In this document: positions 15,012 through 23,571 of the stretch, in pieces
Layout of the letters: each line of letters opens with the position of its first letter
Position numbering within the stretch: position 1 is the first letter of the stretch
From: Candidatus Altimarinota bacterium
GTDB lineage: Bacteria > Patescibacteriota > Gracilibacteria > UBA1369
NCBI GenBank assembly: GCA_041659405.1
Contig: JBAZYK010000015.1
Location: 1 to 26,854 of the forward strand
Direction: 5' to 3'
Length of the DNA stretch: 26,854 nucleotides
The notes under the pieces: model-generated
The model's input: the letters and a program-made list of their open reading frames with translations, nothing else
The model's database searches: none
Told to the model about the DNA's origin: nothing
Program-made: the position numbers and the translations under genes

Positions 15012-16721
15012 ATGGAAAAATCCTGCGCCCAATGTTCCACAAAGTTCGAAATCACTGAACAGGACTTAAAATTCTACGACACCATCTCACCTGTTTTCGC
15101 TGGGAAAAAATATCCCATTTCCCCACCGACTTTCTGCCCGGATTGCCGTCTTCAGCGCAGAATGAGCTGGCGCAACGAAAGATTTTTATACACCAGAAAA
15201 TGCGATAAATGTAAAAAAAATATCGTATCAGTGCACTCACAAAACAAGCCCTTTCCGGTTTATTGTAATAAATGCTGGTGGAGTGACGATTGGGACGTTC
15301 ATCAATATGGAAAATCTTTCGATTTTTCCCGCCCTTTTTTTGATCAACTCAGGGAACTCATGGACAAAGTTCCGCAACTGGCCATTCAAAACGACAATGG
15401 CACCGGAAGCGTAAATTCCGAGTTTTGCCAGGACGCCTCACACCTAAAAAACTGCTATCTTGTGGTTGGAACCTGGTACACCGAAGACAGTTTTTATTGC
15501 AGCATCAACTCTTCACACAACCGCAACATCTGTGACTGCATCAACATTTCCAAGTCCGAACTTTGTTATGAATCCATCGATTCACAGGGGCTTTATAATT
15601 GTGCCTTCGTGCAGAACTCCGAAAACTGCAGTGACTGTTTTTTTGGCTTTGATCTGAAAGGTTGCAAAAATTGTTTTGGCTGCATCGGCCTGCGTCAAAA
15701 ACAGTTTTACATTTTTAATAAACCCTACAGTGAAGAAGAATATAAAGAAAAAATCGCCACATATAAACTTGATTCATCTGAATCATTAGCCAAATTTAAG
15801 ACAGAATATTTTCAATGGATCATAAAATATCCACGCAAAAATATGAACCTGCAAAATTGCGAAAATAGCGAGGGAAACGATTTATTAAACTGCAAAAACA
15901 CCTACGGCTTTAGTCTTTTAAATTCCGAAAATTGCAAGTATTGCCATCAGGGCGATGAAAATAAATTCAGTTACGACATTTCCAACAGCGGCAGGCCGAA
16001 TTGGTGCTACGAAGGAATCACTCCGGACAATTCCTACATGAATCATTTTTCCTGGTTCTCATGGGCAAATAAATACCTGCTCTACTGCATAAACTGCCAC
16101 AGCAGTGAATATCTTTTCGGATGCGTATCGCTGCATCGAGGCAAATATTGCATCTTAAACAAACAATATACCAAAGAAGAGTACGAAGCGCTTGTGCCAA
16201 AAATCATCGAACACATGAAGAAAACCAGAGAATGGTCGGAATTTCCCGATACCAAATTTTCTTTTTTTGGCTACAACGAAACCGTCAGCAACGAATATTT
16301 CCCGCTAACCCAGGCAGAAGTCGAAAAAAGAGGCTGGCCATGGCAACCCAAAGCCCTTCGAGAATATGAACCTCAAACCTGCATAATTCCCGATTCCATC
16401 AAAGAAATCCCTCAAACTATCACCAAGGAAATATTAAGTTGCACAGACTGCCAAAAAAATTACAAAATCATTCCTCAAGAGTTGGTCTTCTATCAAAAAA
16501 TGGGGCTTCCCATACCCAAAAAATGCTCTAACTGCCGGCATCTTGATCGCCTCAAACGTCGCAATCCCTACAAACTCTGGCAAAGATCCTGCGCCAAATG
16601 CGCCAAACCAATCAAAACCAGCTACGCCCCAAATCGTCCGGCCACCGCCGCAGCGGGGTCCCCCGCTAAGCGGGGGAAAATCGTTTATTGTGAAGACTGT
16701 TATTTAAAAGAAATTTACTAG
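15012..16721 (+). CDS. cysteine-rich protein with terminal zinc-ribbon-like modules and an internally duplicated core
   Basis: 569 aa. The N-terminus has CAQC..CPDC..CDKC..CNKC and the C-terminus has CTDC..CSNC..CAKC..CEDC, and both share the pattern F/Y.I....L.FY......P...C..CR...R...RN. The core contains two related halves ending CFGCIGLRQKQFYIFNKPYSEEEYKE and LFGCVSLHRGKYCILNKQYTKEEYEA. Confidence 0.75.
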   Translation: MEKSCAQCSTKFEITEQDLKFYDTISPVFAGKKYPISPPTFCPDCRLQRRMSWRNERFLYTRKCDKCKKNIVSVHSQNKPFPVYCNKCWWSDDWDVHQYGKSFDFSRPFFDQLRELMDKVPQLAIQNDNGTGSVNSEFCQDASHLKNCYLVVGTWYTEDSFYCSINSSHNRNICDCINISKSELCYESIDSQGLYNCAFVQNSENCSDCFFGFDLKGCKNCFGCIGLRQKQFYIFNKPYSEEEYKEKIATYKLDSSESLAKFKTEYFQWIIKYPRKNMNLQNCENSEGNDLLNCKNTYGFSLLNSENCKYCHQGDENKFSYDISNSGRPNWCYEGITPDNSYMNHFSWFSWANKYLLYCINCHSSEYLFGCVSLHRGKYCILNKQYTKEEYEALVPKIIEHMKKTREWSEFPDTKFSFFGYNETVSNEYFPLTQAEVEKRGWPWQPKALREYEPQTCIIPDSIKEIPQTITKEILSCTDCQKNYKIIPQELVFYQKMGLPIPKKCSNCRHLDRLKRRNPYKLWQRSCAKCAKPIKTSYAPNRPATAAAGSPAKRGKIVYCEDCYLKEIY

Positions 16722-16723
16722 AA

Positions 16724-16753
16724 TAGCCTCCAAGGAAGACTCGATGGAGGCTA
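16724..16753 (+). terminator. stem-loop immediately after the stop codon (possible terminator)
   Basis: Perfect 9-bp stem TAGCCTCCA (16724-32) / TGGAGGCTA (16745-53) with a 12-nt loop, starting 3 nt after the TAG at 16719-21. No U-tract follows, so the terminator function is uncertain. Confidence 0.3.
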
Positions 16754-16851
16754 AGAGACCATGTGGAATTACCAATCCACCTACATTTTATTACTTTAAA
16801 TGCTCAAGGGTCAATGTAATTTGATGCTACACATAATATGGTGCTAGCCCG

Positions 16852-16921
16852 TGGTGGAGATAAGGGGAATCGAACCCCTCGTGATTGGATTGGTAATTCC
16901 ATCACGGCACCTGCTATCCCC
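16852..16921 (-). ncRNA. non-canonical tRNA-like element (acceptor stem + T-arm + encoded CCA, no D-arm)
   Basis: The minus strand reads GGGGATA-GCAGGTGCC-GTGATGGAATTACCAATCCAATCAC-G-AGGGG-TTCGATT-CCCCT-TATCTCC-A-CCA. It has a 7-bp acceptor stem with G3.U70 and a canonical T-arm. Only 35 nt lie between the acceptor and the T-stem, and no 5-bp/7-nt anticodon arm can be drawn. The acceptor helix extends to 10 bp and is stacked on a further 7-bp helix (16843-49 / 16928-34). Confidence 0.4.
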
Positions 16922-17008
16922 ACCTTAGGCCAGCTGTGGACAATATAAAGAATATAGATTATAAAATTCTAAACAGATTCTGAAATTATGATGAAAAATC
17001 CGCCCACC

Positions 17009-17713
17009 CTAATCCCAACTTAAATGTGAATCCCCCGTTATCGGGATTTTTGGGCCTAAAAATTTTGGCAATGCGTAAAACTTAACATCAAAAAAAGCTT
17101 TTACGCGCGCAAAGCTTTCGCGAAAATTATTCATAAATTCAGATTGATACCGTTGTTTATCGGCAACGAATCCAACGGTATCAATCCCCATTGCATTGCC
17201 GATATAAACCGCACGTGGCAGATGAAAAGCTTGAGTAACAACAATCATACTTTTCACTTCAAAAACGTCGCGCGCCCTGTAAAAACTGTCATAAGTGTCA
17301 AACCCGGCATGATCCAAAAATATATCCTGCGCCAAAACACCATGATCAAGCAGATATTTTTTCATAGTATTCACTTCATCGTAAGTTTTTGTCCCATGAT
17401 CCCCGCTTAAAAGAATTTTCTGAGCCTTGCCAGCCTGATAAATTTCCAAAGCCGTTTGCACCCGATCCAGCAAAATACTGCTCATTTTATCGCCAACATA
17501 AACCTTTGCACCCAAAACCATTACCACAGGTTTTGCAGGAACTTTACCCAAATCCGAATAAATATAAGCGCCGGTTTGTTGAAACATCGAAAAATTAATA
17601 TCAATCCCAACAGCAAAAATCAGCACCATCGCAAACAAAACAAAAAAACAAAATTTATGTAACACGCAACGATCAATTTTTTTAATCCAATTTTTAATTT
17701 TCATGAATTTCAT
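17009..17713 (-). CDS. SanA/ElyC-like DUF218 (YdcF) family membrane-anchored protein
   Basis: N-terminal TM segment, then VVMVLGAKVY...LLDRVQTALEIYQAGKAQKILLSGDHGTKTYDEVNTMKKYLLDHGV...IFLDHAGFDTYDSFYRA...VTQAFHLPRAVY, typical of SanA/DUF218. ATG 17713 is preferred over TTG 17734. Confidence 0.8.
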   Translation of the reverse strand: MKFMKIKNWIKKIDRCVLHKFCFFVLFAMVLIFAVGIDINFSMFQQTGAYIYSDLGKVPAKPVVMVLGAKVYVGDKMSSILLDRVQTALEIYQAGKAQKILLSGDHGTKTYDEVNTMKKYLLDHGVLAQDIFLDHAGFDTYDSFYRARDVFEVKSMIVVTQAFHLPRAVYIGNAMGIDTVGFVADKQRYQSEFMNNFRESFARVKAFFDVKFYALPKFLGPKIPITGDSHLSWD

Positions 17714-17821
17714 AAAAATGGCCTCAATTAGCAAGATAATGCCAACGCATTCTACAAGAAACCTTGCTTTTCCGCAAAAAATCCTTTAAAAAGAGATACC
17801 AAAGAAACTCACCAAATCTCA

Positions 17822-19264
17822 ATGAAACCAGAACTTTTAATGCCTGCGGGCGACATGGAAAAACTTAAAACCGCTTTTATGTACGGTGCTGATGCCGTTT
17901 ATGCCGGCGTTCCCGTTTTTTCTCTGCGCGCGCGCGAAAATAAATTCAACATCAATAGCGTTAAAGAAGCCGTAGATTACGCCAAATCTCTCAACAAAAA
18001 AATCTACCTCACTTTAAATATTTTCCCACATAACTACAAAATCCCTGCACTTAAAAAAGCCCTAAGACCCCTTGCAGACCTTAAACCGGACGCTTTTATT
18101 GTGGCCGATCCCGGAGTTGTGATGCTTTGCCAGGAAATCGCTCCGGAAATTCCGATTCATCTTTCCGTGCAGGCCAATAACGTCAACTGGGCTTCCGCCA
18201 AATTTTGGCATAAGACTGGAGTTGAACGCATTATTTTATCGCGTGAAATTTCTCTAACCGAAATCAAAGAAATTCACGAAAAAAATCCCGGCCTGGAACT
18301 GGAATTTTTTGTTCATGGTTCGATTTGTATTGCTTATTCCGGACGTTGCCTGCTCTCCAGTTATTTTTCATATAGAGACGGTAACCAGGGAACTTGCTCG
18401 CACACCTGCCGCTGGGAATACAAAGTTTACAAGGCCCATGGCAAAGATGAAGTTGCCGAAAAAATCTGCACAACTCATCAAACTCCAATCCAAAATCACT
18501 TTCAAAAAACAGCAGAGCATGCCCCACTCACGGCAGAAATAGGCACTTCGTGCGTAGCCAAAGAATCCAACATTTCCTCCAACTACAAAAAACTCGACGG
18601 CGATTATTATTTGGAAGAAATGCAACGTCCGGGAAAGTTTTTTTCAATCGATGAAGACGAACACGGCACCTACATCATGAATTCCCGCGACCTTTGTTTG
18701 ATTGAATATCTTAAAGAATTAAAAGAAGCCGGCATTTGCAGCTTTAAAGTGGAAGGCCGCAATAAAACCGCCTACTACGCCGCTTCCGTCGCGCGAATTT
18801 ATCGCAAAGCCATCGACGAGTTGGAAGAAGGCAAACCCTTCAATCCGGAATATTTAAAGGAACTGGCAAAAACCTCCAATCGTGGCTTTATTCCAGGCTT
18901 TTTAATGAACAATCCATCCGAAAAAGCGCAAGATTACGAAAAAAATATTTCCCATCAAACTCATGAATTTGTGGGAGTAATCCGCGCAATTCAAGAAAAA
19001 AATGGCCATAAACTTTATGAAATGGAAGTAAAAGGCCGCGTTGATGCTCCGGAAAAAATTGAGATCATCACACCCAAAAATCAATACGAAACAACCATCA
19101 AATCTTTTAAAACCATGGACGGAAAAGAAGTTTTAACAATTCATCCCGGCCAAAAAGATCACGTTTTATTGGATCTGGAAGGCCTTACAAATGTGACAAA
19201 TCAGCCCGGCACAGATATTGGCGTTGGAACAATTTTACGAAAAGAACGAAAAGTAATACAATAA
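17822..19264 (+). CDS. peptidase U32 family protein
   Basis: MKPELLMPAGDMEKLKTAFMYGADAVYAG...FSLRARENKF, SREISLTEIKEI, EFFVHGSICIAYSGRCLLS and FKVEGRNKTAYYAASVARIYRKAID all fit the U32 pattern. There is a ~60-aa insertion around 18420-18600. Confidence 0.85.
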   Translation: MKPELLMPAGDMEKLKTAFMYGADAVYAGVPVFSLRARENKFNINSVKEAVDYAKSLNKKIYLTLNIFPHNYKIPALKKALRPLADLKPDAFIVADPGVVMLCQEIAPEIPIHLSVQANNVNWASAKFWHKTGVERIILSREISLTEIKEIHEKNPGLELEFFVHGSICIAYSGRCLLSSYFSYRDGNQGTCSHTCRWEYKVYKAHGKDEVAEKICTTHQTPIQNHFQKTAEHAPLTAEIGTSCVAKESNISSNYKKLDGDYYLEEMQRPGKFFSIDEDEHGTYIMNSRDLCLIEYLKELKEAGICSFKVEGRNKTAYYAASVARIYRKAIDELEEGKPFNPEYLKELAKTSNRGFIPGFLMNNPSEKAQDYEKNISHQTHEFVGVIRAIQEKNGHKLYEMEVKGRVDAPEKIEIITPKNQYETTIKSFKTMDGKEVLTIHPGQKDHVLLDLEGLTNVTNQPGTDIGVGTILRKERKVIQ

Positions 19265-19296
19265 CCCCGGCTCGTTTGTATTCGTAATTACTTTTC

Positions 19297-19794
19297 ATGA
19301 AAAAAACTTGTTTGAAAGAACAGCACATTTGGAGTCTTTTACGTTTTGCCCTTGGTGGAATATTTCTTTGGCCATTTTTCGACAAACTTCTCGGCTTAGG
19401 ATTTTCCACAGCCGCAGATAAATCTTGGCTCGCAGGCGGATCACCAACTTACGGATTTTTAAAGATGGGCACGTCCGGACCACTTGCCGGTTTTTATCAA
19501 AGCATTGCCGGAAATCCAATCACAGACACACTTTTCATGCTCGCGCTTTTAATGATCGGCCTGGCTTTAATTTTGGGCATCGGCCTAAAAATCGCAGGAT
19601 ACAGCGGTGCGTTGCTTACATTATACATGTGGTCAGCAGTTTTACCTCCCAAACAAAATCCAATTTTAGATGAACATATTGTCTTCATGATCATCTTTAT
19701 GGCTTTCACTTTTGTAAAAGCCGGACAATGCTGGGGACTTGGAAAATGGTGGTCAAACACCAAACTCGTCAAAAAATTTCCTATTCTGGAATAA
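19297..19794 (+). CDS. DoxX-family membrane protein
   Basis: 165 aa, 4 TM. LLRFALGGIFLWPFFDKLLG...GGSPTYGFL... resembles DoxX/DoxD-like proteins. Confidence 0.6.
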   Translation: MKKTCLKEQHIWSLLRFALGGIFLWPFFDKLLGLGFSTAADKSWLAGGSPTYGFLKMGTSGPLAGFYQSIAGNPITDTLFMLALLMIGLALILGIGLKIAGYSGALLTLYMWSAVLPPKQNPILDEHIVFMIIFMAFTFVKAGQCWGLGKWWSNTKLVKKFPILE

Positions 19795-19817
19795 TTATTT
19801 AGCATAACCCAAAAACC

Positions 19818-20258
19818 ATGATTACAAGAGCAAAAAACTGGGTCGTACAAAACGTTCTTTACATTGCCTGGACAATCGCATTGGTTGGCATGATCGCCAG
19901 CCTAATTTTTAGCGAAGTTATGAATCTTCCGCCATGTAATTTGTGCTGGTATCAAAGAATTTTGCTTTATCCGCTGGTACTAATTTTGCCCATCGGCATC
20001 ATCAAAAAAGATAAACTTCTACACCATTACGTTTTTCCTTTTTCGATTTTGGGCGCAATTGTCGCATTTTATCACACTCTGCTTCAGGCAAATATCATTC
20101 CGGAAAATCTTGCACCATGTTCATTTGGAATTTCCTGCGTAACAAAAACTATCAACTATTTTGGTTTTATTACCATTCCTTTGCTTTCATTCCTTGCCTT
20201 CGTCACTATTGGCGTCTGCATGTTTATTTATAAAAAATTAACTAAATCATCATCATGA
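19818..20258 (+). CDS. disulfide bond formation protein B family (BdbC/DsbB-like)
   Basis: 146 aa, 4 TM. First-loop motif PPCNLCWYQRILLYP. A second Cys pair (CSFGISC) lies in the later loop. Confidence 0.8.
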   Translation: MITRAKNWVVQNVLYIAWTIALVGMIASLIFSEVMNLPPCNLCWYQRILLYPLVLILPIGIIKKDKLLHHYVFPFSILGAIVAFYHTLLQANIIPENLAPCSFGISCVTKTINYFGFITIPLLSFLAFVTIGVCMFIYKKLTKSSS

Positions 20259-20914
20259 AAATGAAAAAAGAAATCAAAAACCTTATCATCATCGCAATTG
20301 TCGGAATTGTTGTAATTGGCGGAATATTCGCCATGCTTAAAACTCCAACAAATTCACAAACCGTTGATCAAGCCCTATTGATCCATGAAGACAGCTATGA
20401 ACTACTCGAAGGAAAACCAATTAACGCAAAAGTAACGGTTGTTGAGTTTGGCGATTTTGAGTGTCCGGCTTGCGGATTTTCCCATGGCATCTTTAAGCAA
20501 ATTTTACTGGCTTATCCTGATCAAGTTAATCTTGTTTTTAGACATTATCCTCTTCCACAACACAAAACTGCTTTGATAGCGGCAGAGGCGGCGGAAGCAG
20601 CCGGTGAACAAGGCAAATTCTGGCAAATGTATGATTTACTCTATGAAAATCAGGAAAAATGGAGTGCGAAAGCTGAGGCTTTAGATATCTTCGCAGAATA
20701 TGCCAAGCAACTCAACCTGGATGTTGAAAAATTCAAAAAAGACATTCAAGATGAAAAATATAAAGAAAAAATCAAGCGTGATCAGGCCGATGGCGATAAA
20801 TTGATACTAACCGGTACCCCAACAATCTACATCAATGGCCAAAAATATACCGGCGGTTTAAGTTTCCAAGGCATTAAAAATGCAATTGAAGCTCAGCTCA
20901 ACCCAAAACCATAA
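20255..20914 (+). CDS. DsbA/BdbD-like thioredoxin-fold thiol:disulfide oxidoreductase
   Basis: N-terminal TM anchor. Active site FGDFECPACGFSH (CPAC). LTGTPTIYINGQ supplies the cis-Pro loop. ATGA overlap with the upstream DsbB-like gene. Confidence 0.8.
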   Translation: MKMKKEIKNLIIIAIVGIVVIGGIFAMLKTPTNSQTVDQALLIHEDSYELLEGKPINAKVTVVEFGDFECPACGFSHGIFKQILLAYPDQVNLVFRHYPLPQHKTALIAAEAAEAAGEQGKFWQMYDLLYENQEKWSAKAEALDIFAEYAKQLNLDVEKFKKDIQDEKYKEKIKRDQADGDKLILTGTPTIYINGQKYTGGLSFQGIKNAIEAQLNPKP

Positions 20915-20961
20915 AGAATATAAAAAAAATATTAACTACTAATTATTAATTACTAATTAAA

Positions 20962-21921
20962 ATGAAAGCCTGCACCCTTAAATCCGCTTTCCAAAGCGAT
21001 TTTAAAGTTTCCATCATTGGCTGTGGAAATGTAGGAGCCACAACAGCTTACGCAATGTTGATGGACGGCAGCCCCACCGAACTTGTTTTGATTGATTACA
21101 ATAAAGATAAAGCCGAAGGTTTGCTTTTGGATTTTGAGCATTCGCTTTCATTTTTGCCTTATACCAAAATCATTGCGAGCAACGATTATGCCGCTTGCAA
21201 AGGATCACATTTGATTGTTATAACCGCAGGAGCAAAACAACAAGAAGGCGAAACTCGTCTACAATTAATCGACAAAAATCGCGCAATTTTTAAAGAGATG
21301 ATTCCGGCATTGGCAAAAATTGCCCCGGAAAGTATTTTAGTAATCGTCACCAATCCTGTTGATGTCTTAACTTACGAAGCACTGCAGCTTTCCGGCTTTC
21401 CGGAAAATCGTGTTTTTGGAACCGGCACAATGCTGGATACCGCCCGCCTGCGCTTTCATATTGGCGAAAAGCTCTGCCTTAACGCAAAAAGCGTTGAAGC
21501 GTACGTTTTAGGTGAACATGGCGACACTTCTTTTCCGGTTTTCAGTTCTGCTAATGTTGCCGGAAAACCACTTAATGACTTTGAAGGATTCACCAATAAA
21601 GTCGCCGAAGAATGTTATCAGGAAACCAAAAATGCCGCTTACAGAATTATTCATGATATGGGCTACACCTGTTATTCCATCGCGATAGTTGTACGTGAAA
21701 TAATGCGTAACGTCTTTGATCATTCACGCGTGGTTGTGCCACTTTCGGTTAAACTACATGATTACTATGGCGAAAATGACGTGGCGTTAAGCGTTCCCTG
21801 CGTCTTGGACAGCAATGGCATATCTGATGTTATAAACATTCCTCTTAACAAAATCGAACAAAAGAATTTGGCAAAATCCGCTGAAACTTTGCGTCAATAT
21901 CTGAAAAAAAGTCATGTCTAA
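20962..21921 (+). CDS. ldh: L-lactate dehydrogenase
   Basis: [18 protein letters not shown]...[33 protein letters not shown] (Gln where MDHs carry Arg), [19 protein letters not shown] and [11 protein letters not shown] all fit LDH. Confidence 0.85.
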   Translation: MKACTLKSAFQSDFKVSIIGCGNVGATTAYAMLMDGSPTELVLIDYNKDKAEGLLLDFEHSLSFLPYTKIIASNDYAACKGSHLIVITAGAKQQEGETRLQLIDKNRAIFKEMIPALAKIAPESILVIVTNPVDVLTYEALQLSGFPENRVFGTGTMLDTARLRFHIGEKLCLNAKSVEAYVLGEHGDTSFPVFSSANVAGKPLNDFEGFTNKVAEECYQETKNAAYRIIHDMGYTCYSIAIVVREIMRNVFDHSRVVVPLSVKLHDYYGENDVALSVPCVLDSNGISDVINIPLNKIEQKNLAKSAETLRQYLKKSHV

Positions 21922-22822
21922 GCGATTACCGACAAAATCTTCCAGCCAAAATGTGCAAGACAAAAGCTTATTCGTAAGCGATATTTTTAGTTCCATTCAA
22001 GGCGAAGGAAAGAATCTTGGCAAACCTTCGCTATTTTTAAGACTCGGGATCTGCAACCTGCAATGCACCTGGTGCGACACGCCATACACCTGGAAAAAAG
22101 GCCAAACCGATTACAAACAACAAACAATTGAATCGATTTTTAAAAAATTATTAAACCTAAAAAAAGAATCCAATAACGAAAGAGTTCGCAGCTTAAAACC
22201 ACGCACATCTCTGGCTAAGCAGCCCTTTTTGCCACCCCACGGCATTCAAAATTTAGTTATCACCGGCGGAGAGCCATTGCTTCAACAAACATCGCTCACT
22301 CCCCTTCTTCAAGAAATTTTTCGATCAAAAGAATTTAATCAAAAAGAATTCAAAAAAACAAAAACGTCCAAAAACATCACAGTCGAATTCGAAACAAATG
22401 GCAGCATTCCGCTTCTTCCTGCGTTTAAAAAAGCTTTTAAAAAACAATTAGAGAATGGAACGATTTCATTTAATATTTCGCCAAAGCTTAAAGACAGCGG
22501 GAATAAGCCTTATAAATTGCAACTCTATCCAAACTCAATTCTAAAATTTGTTTATGTGGATAAAAATAGTGAAAAACTGATTCTGGATTTTCTAAAAAAA
22601 CACCAAGTCGAAATTGCAAAAAACTCCAAACAAAGCCGGGGCGCGCTCCAAAAACAGCATCCTCTCGCCAAAAATCCGCCAGTTTATATTATGGCCGAAG
22701 GCACAACCATCAAAGAAATGGAAAAGAAATATTCCGCTATCCTGAAATTCTGCATGGAAAATGGCTTTCAATTTACGCCAAGATGGCATATTTATCTTTT
22801 TGGTAACAAACGCGCAACTTAG
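21914..22822 (+). CDS. queE: 7-carboxy-7-deazaguanine synthase (radical SAM) QueE, with insertions
   Basis: [37 protein letters not shown] (C.3C.2C-type QueE motif), then [10 protein letters not shown]. Lys-rich insertions lie between the conserved blocks. 8-nt overlap with ldh. Confidence 0.8.
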   Translation: MSKRLPTKSSSQNVQDKSLFVSDIFSSIQGEGKNLGKPSLFLRLGICNLQCTWCDTPYTWKKGQTDYKQQTIESIFKKLLNLKKESNNERVRSLKPRTSLAKQPFLPPHGIQNLVITGGEPLLQQTSLTPLLQEIFRSKEFNQKEFKKTKTSKNITVEFETNGSIPLLPAFKKAFKKQLENGTISFNISPKLKDSGNKPYKLQLYPNSILKFVYVDKNSEKLILDFLKKHQVEIAKNSKQSRGALQKQHPLAKNPPVYIMAEGTTIKEMEKKYSAILKFCMENGFQFTPRWHIYLFGNKRAT

Positions 22823-22898
22823 CCAAATGCGCAACTTAAAAGCGCACATCCAACAAACACTTTCAAACAGTCGCCTGAAAAACTAAAACGAACCTCTT

Positions 22899-23552
22899 AT
22901 GAAAATCCTCTTTATCCTTTCCGGCGGGCTTGATTCCACCACAGCGCTCTATCTTTTGCGTCAAAAACATGAAGTTGTGGAAACGGTGACCTTTGATTAT
23001 GGCCAGCGCCACGTCAAAGAAATCAAATCAGCGCAAACAATCAGCAAACTACTCAAAATTCCACACACAATCATCAACATTAAAAATCTGAATCAATTTT
23101 TGCAGGGCAGCTCTTTGACCAGCAAAAACATTAAAACTCCGCATGGGCATTACCAAAAATCCAACATGAAAAAGACCATCGTGCCAAACCGTAATGCCAT
23201 CATGATTAACATTGCAGCCGGATATGCAATTTCCAAAAAAATTCACGGACTTGGAGTGGGCGTTCATGCCGGCGACCATTATATTTATCCCGATTGCCGA
23301 CCGGAATTTATTGATTCACAAGCCAAAACTTTAAGTCTGGCCAACGAGTGCGATTTCAAAATTTTCACACCATTTATCAATCAAAATAAAGCAGCCATCG
23401 TCAAAAAAGGGCTTGCTCTGGGCGTTCCTTTTGAACTAACCTGGACCTGCTACGAAGGCGGCAAAAAGCCCTGCAACAAATGCGGCAGCTGCACGGAACG
23501 CCTGGAAGCCTTCAAGATCAACAAATTAACAGATCCGCTTTCAACAAATTAA
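22899..23552 (+). CDS. queC: 7-cyano-7-deazaguanine synthase QueC
   Basis: [18 protein letters not shown] (PP-loop), [16 protein letters not shown], and the C-terminal Zn motif [19 protein letters not shown]. Confidence 0.9.
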   Translation: MKILFILSGGLDSTTALYLLRQKHEVVETVTFDYGQRHVKEIKSAQTISKLLKIPHTIINIKNLNQFLQGSSLTSKNIKTPHGHYQKSNMKKTIVPNRNAIMINIAAGYAISKKIHGLGVGVHAGDHYIYPDCRPEFIDSQAKTLSLANECDFKIFTPFINQNKAAIVKKGLALGVPFELTWTCYEGGKKPCNKCGSCTERLEAFKINKLTDPLSTN

Positions 23553-23571
23553 CACACTTAACTTTCACATC

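Noticed and set aside
16764-16901. Simple MITE bounded by the 16-bp inverted repeats
   Set aside because: No target-site duplication flanks the repeats (..accatg | tcacgg..). Excising the unit would remove the T-arm half of the tRNA-like structure, so it is kept only as one of several hypotheses.
16852-16921. Annotating the element as a canonical tRNA-Ala because of G3.U70, the T-arm and CCA
   Set aside because: Only 35 nt lie between the acceptor and the T-stem, no D-arm can be drawn, every register fails to give a 5-bp anticodon stem with a 7-nt loop, and no Ala anticodon sits in a loop. It is therefore reported as tRNA-like.
20937-20959. Direct repeat TACTAATTA x2 upstream of ldh as a regulatory site
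   Set aside because: It sits in a very AT-rich short intergenic tract where such low-complexity repeats arise easily. There is no palindromic structure and no second occurrence to support a binding site.
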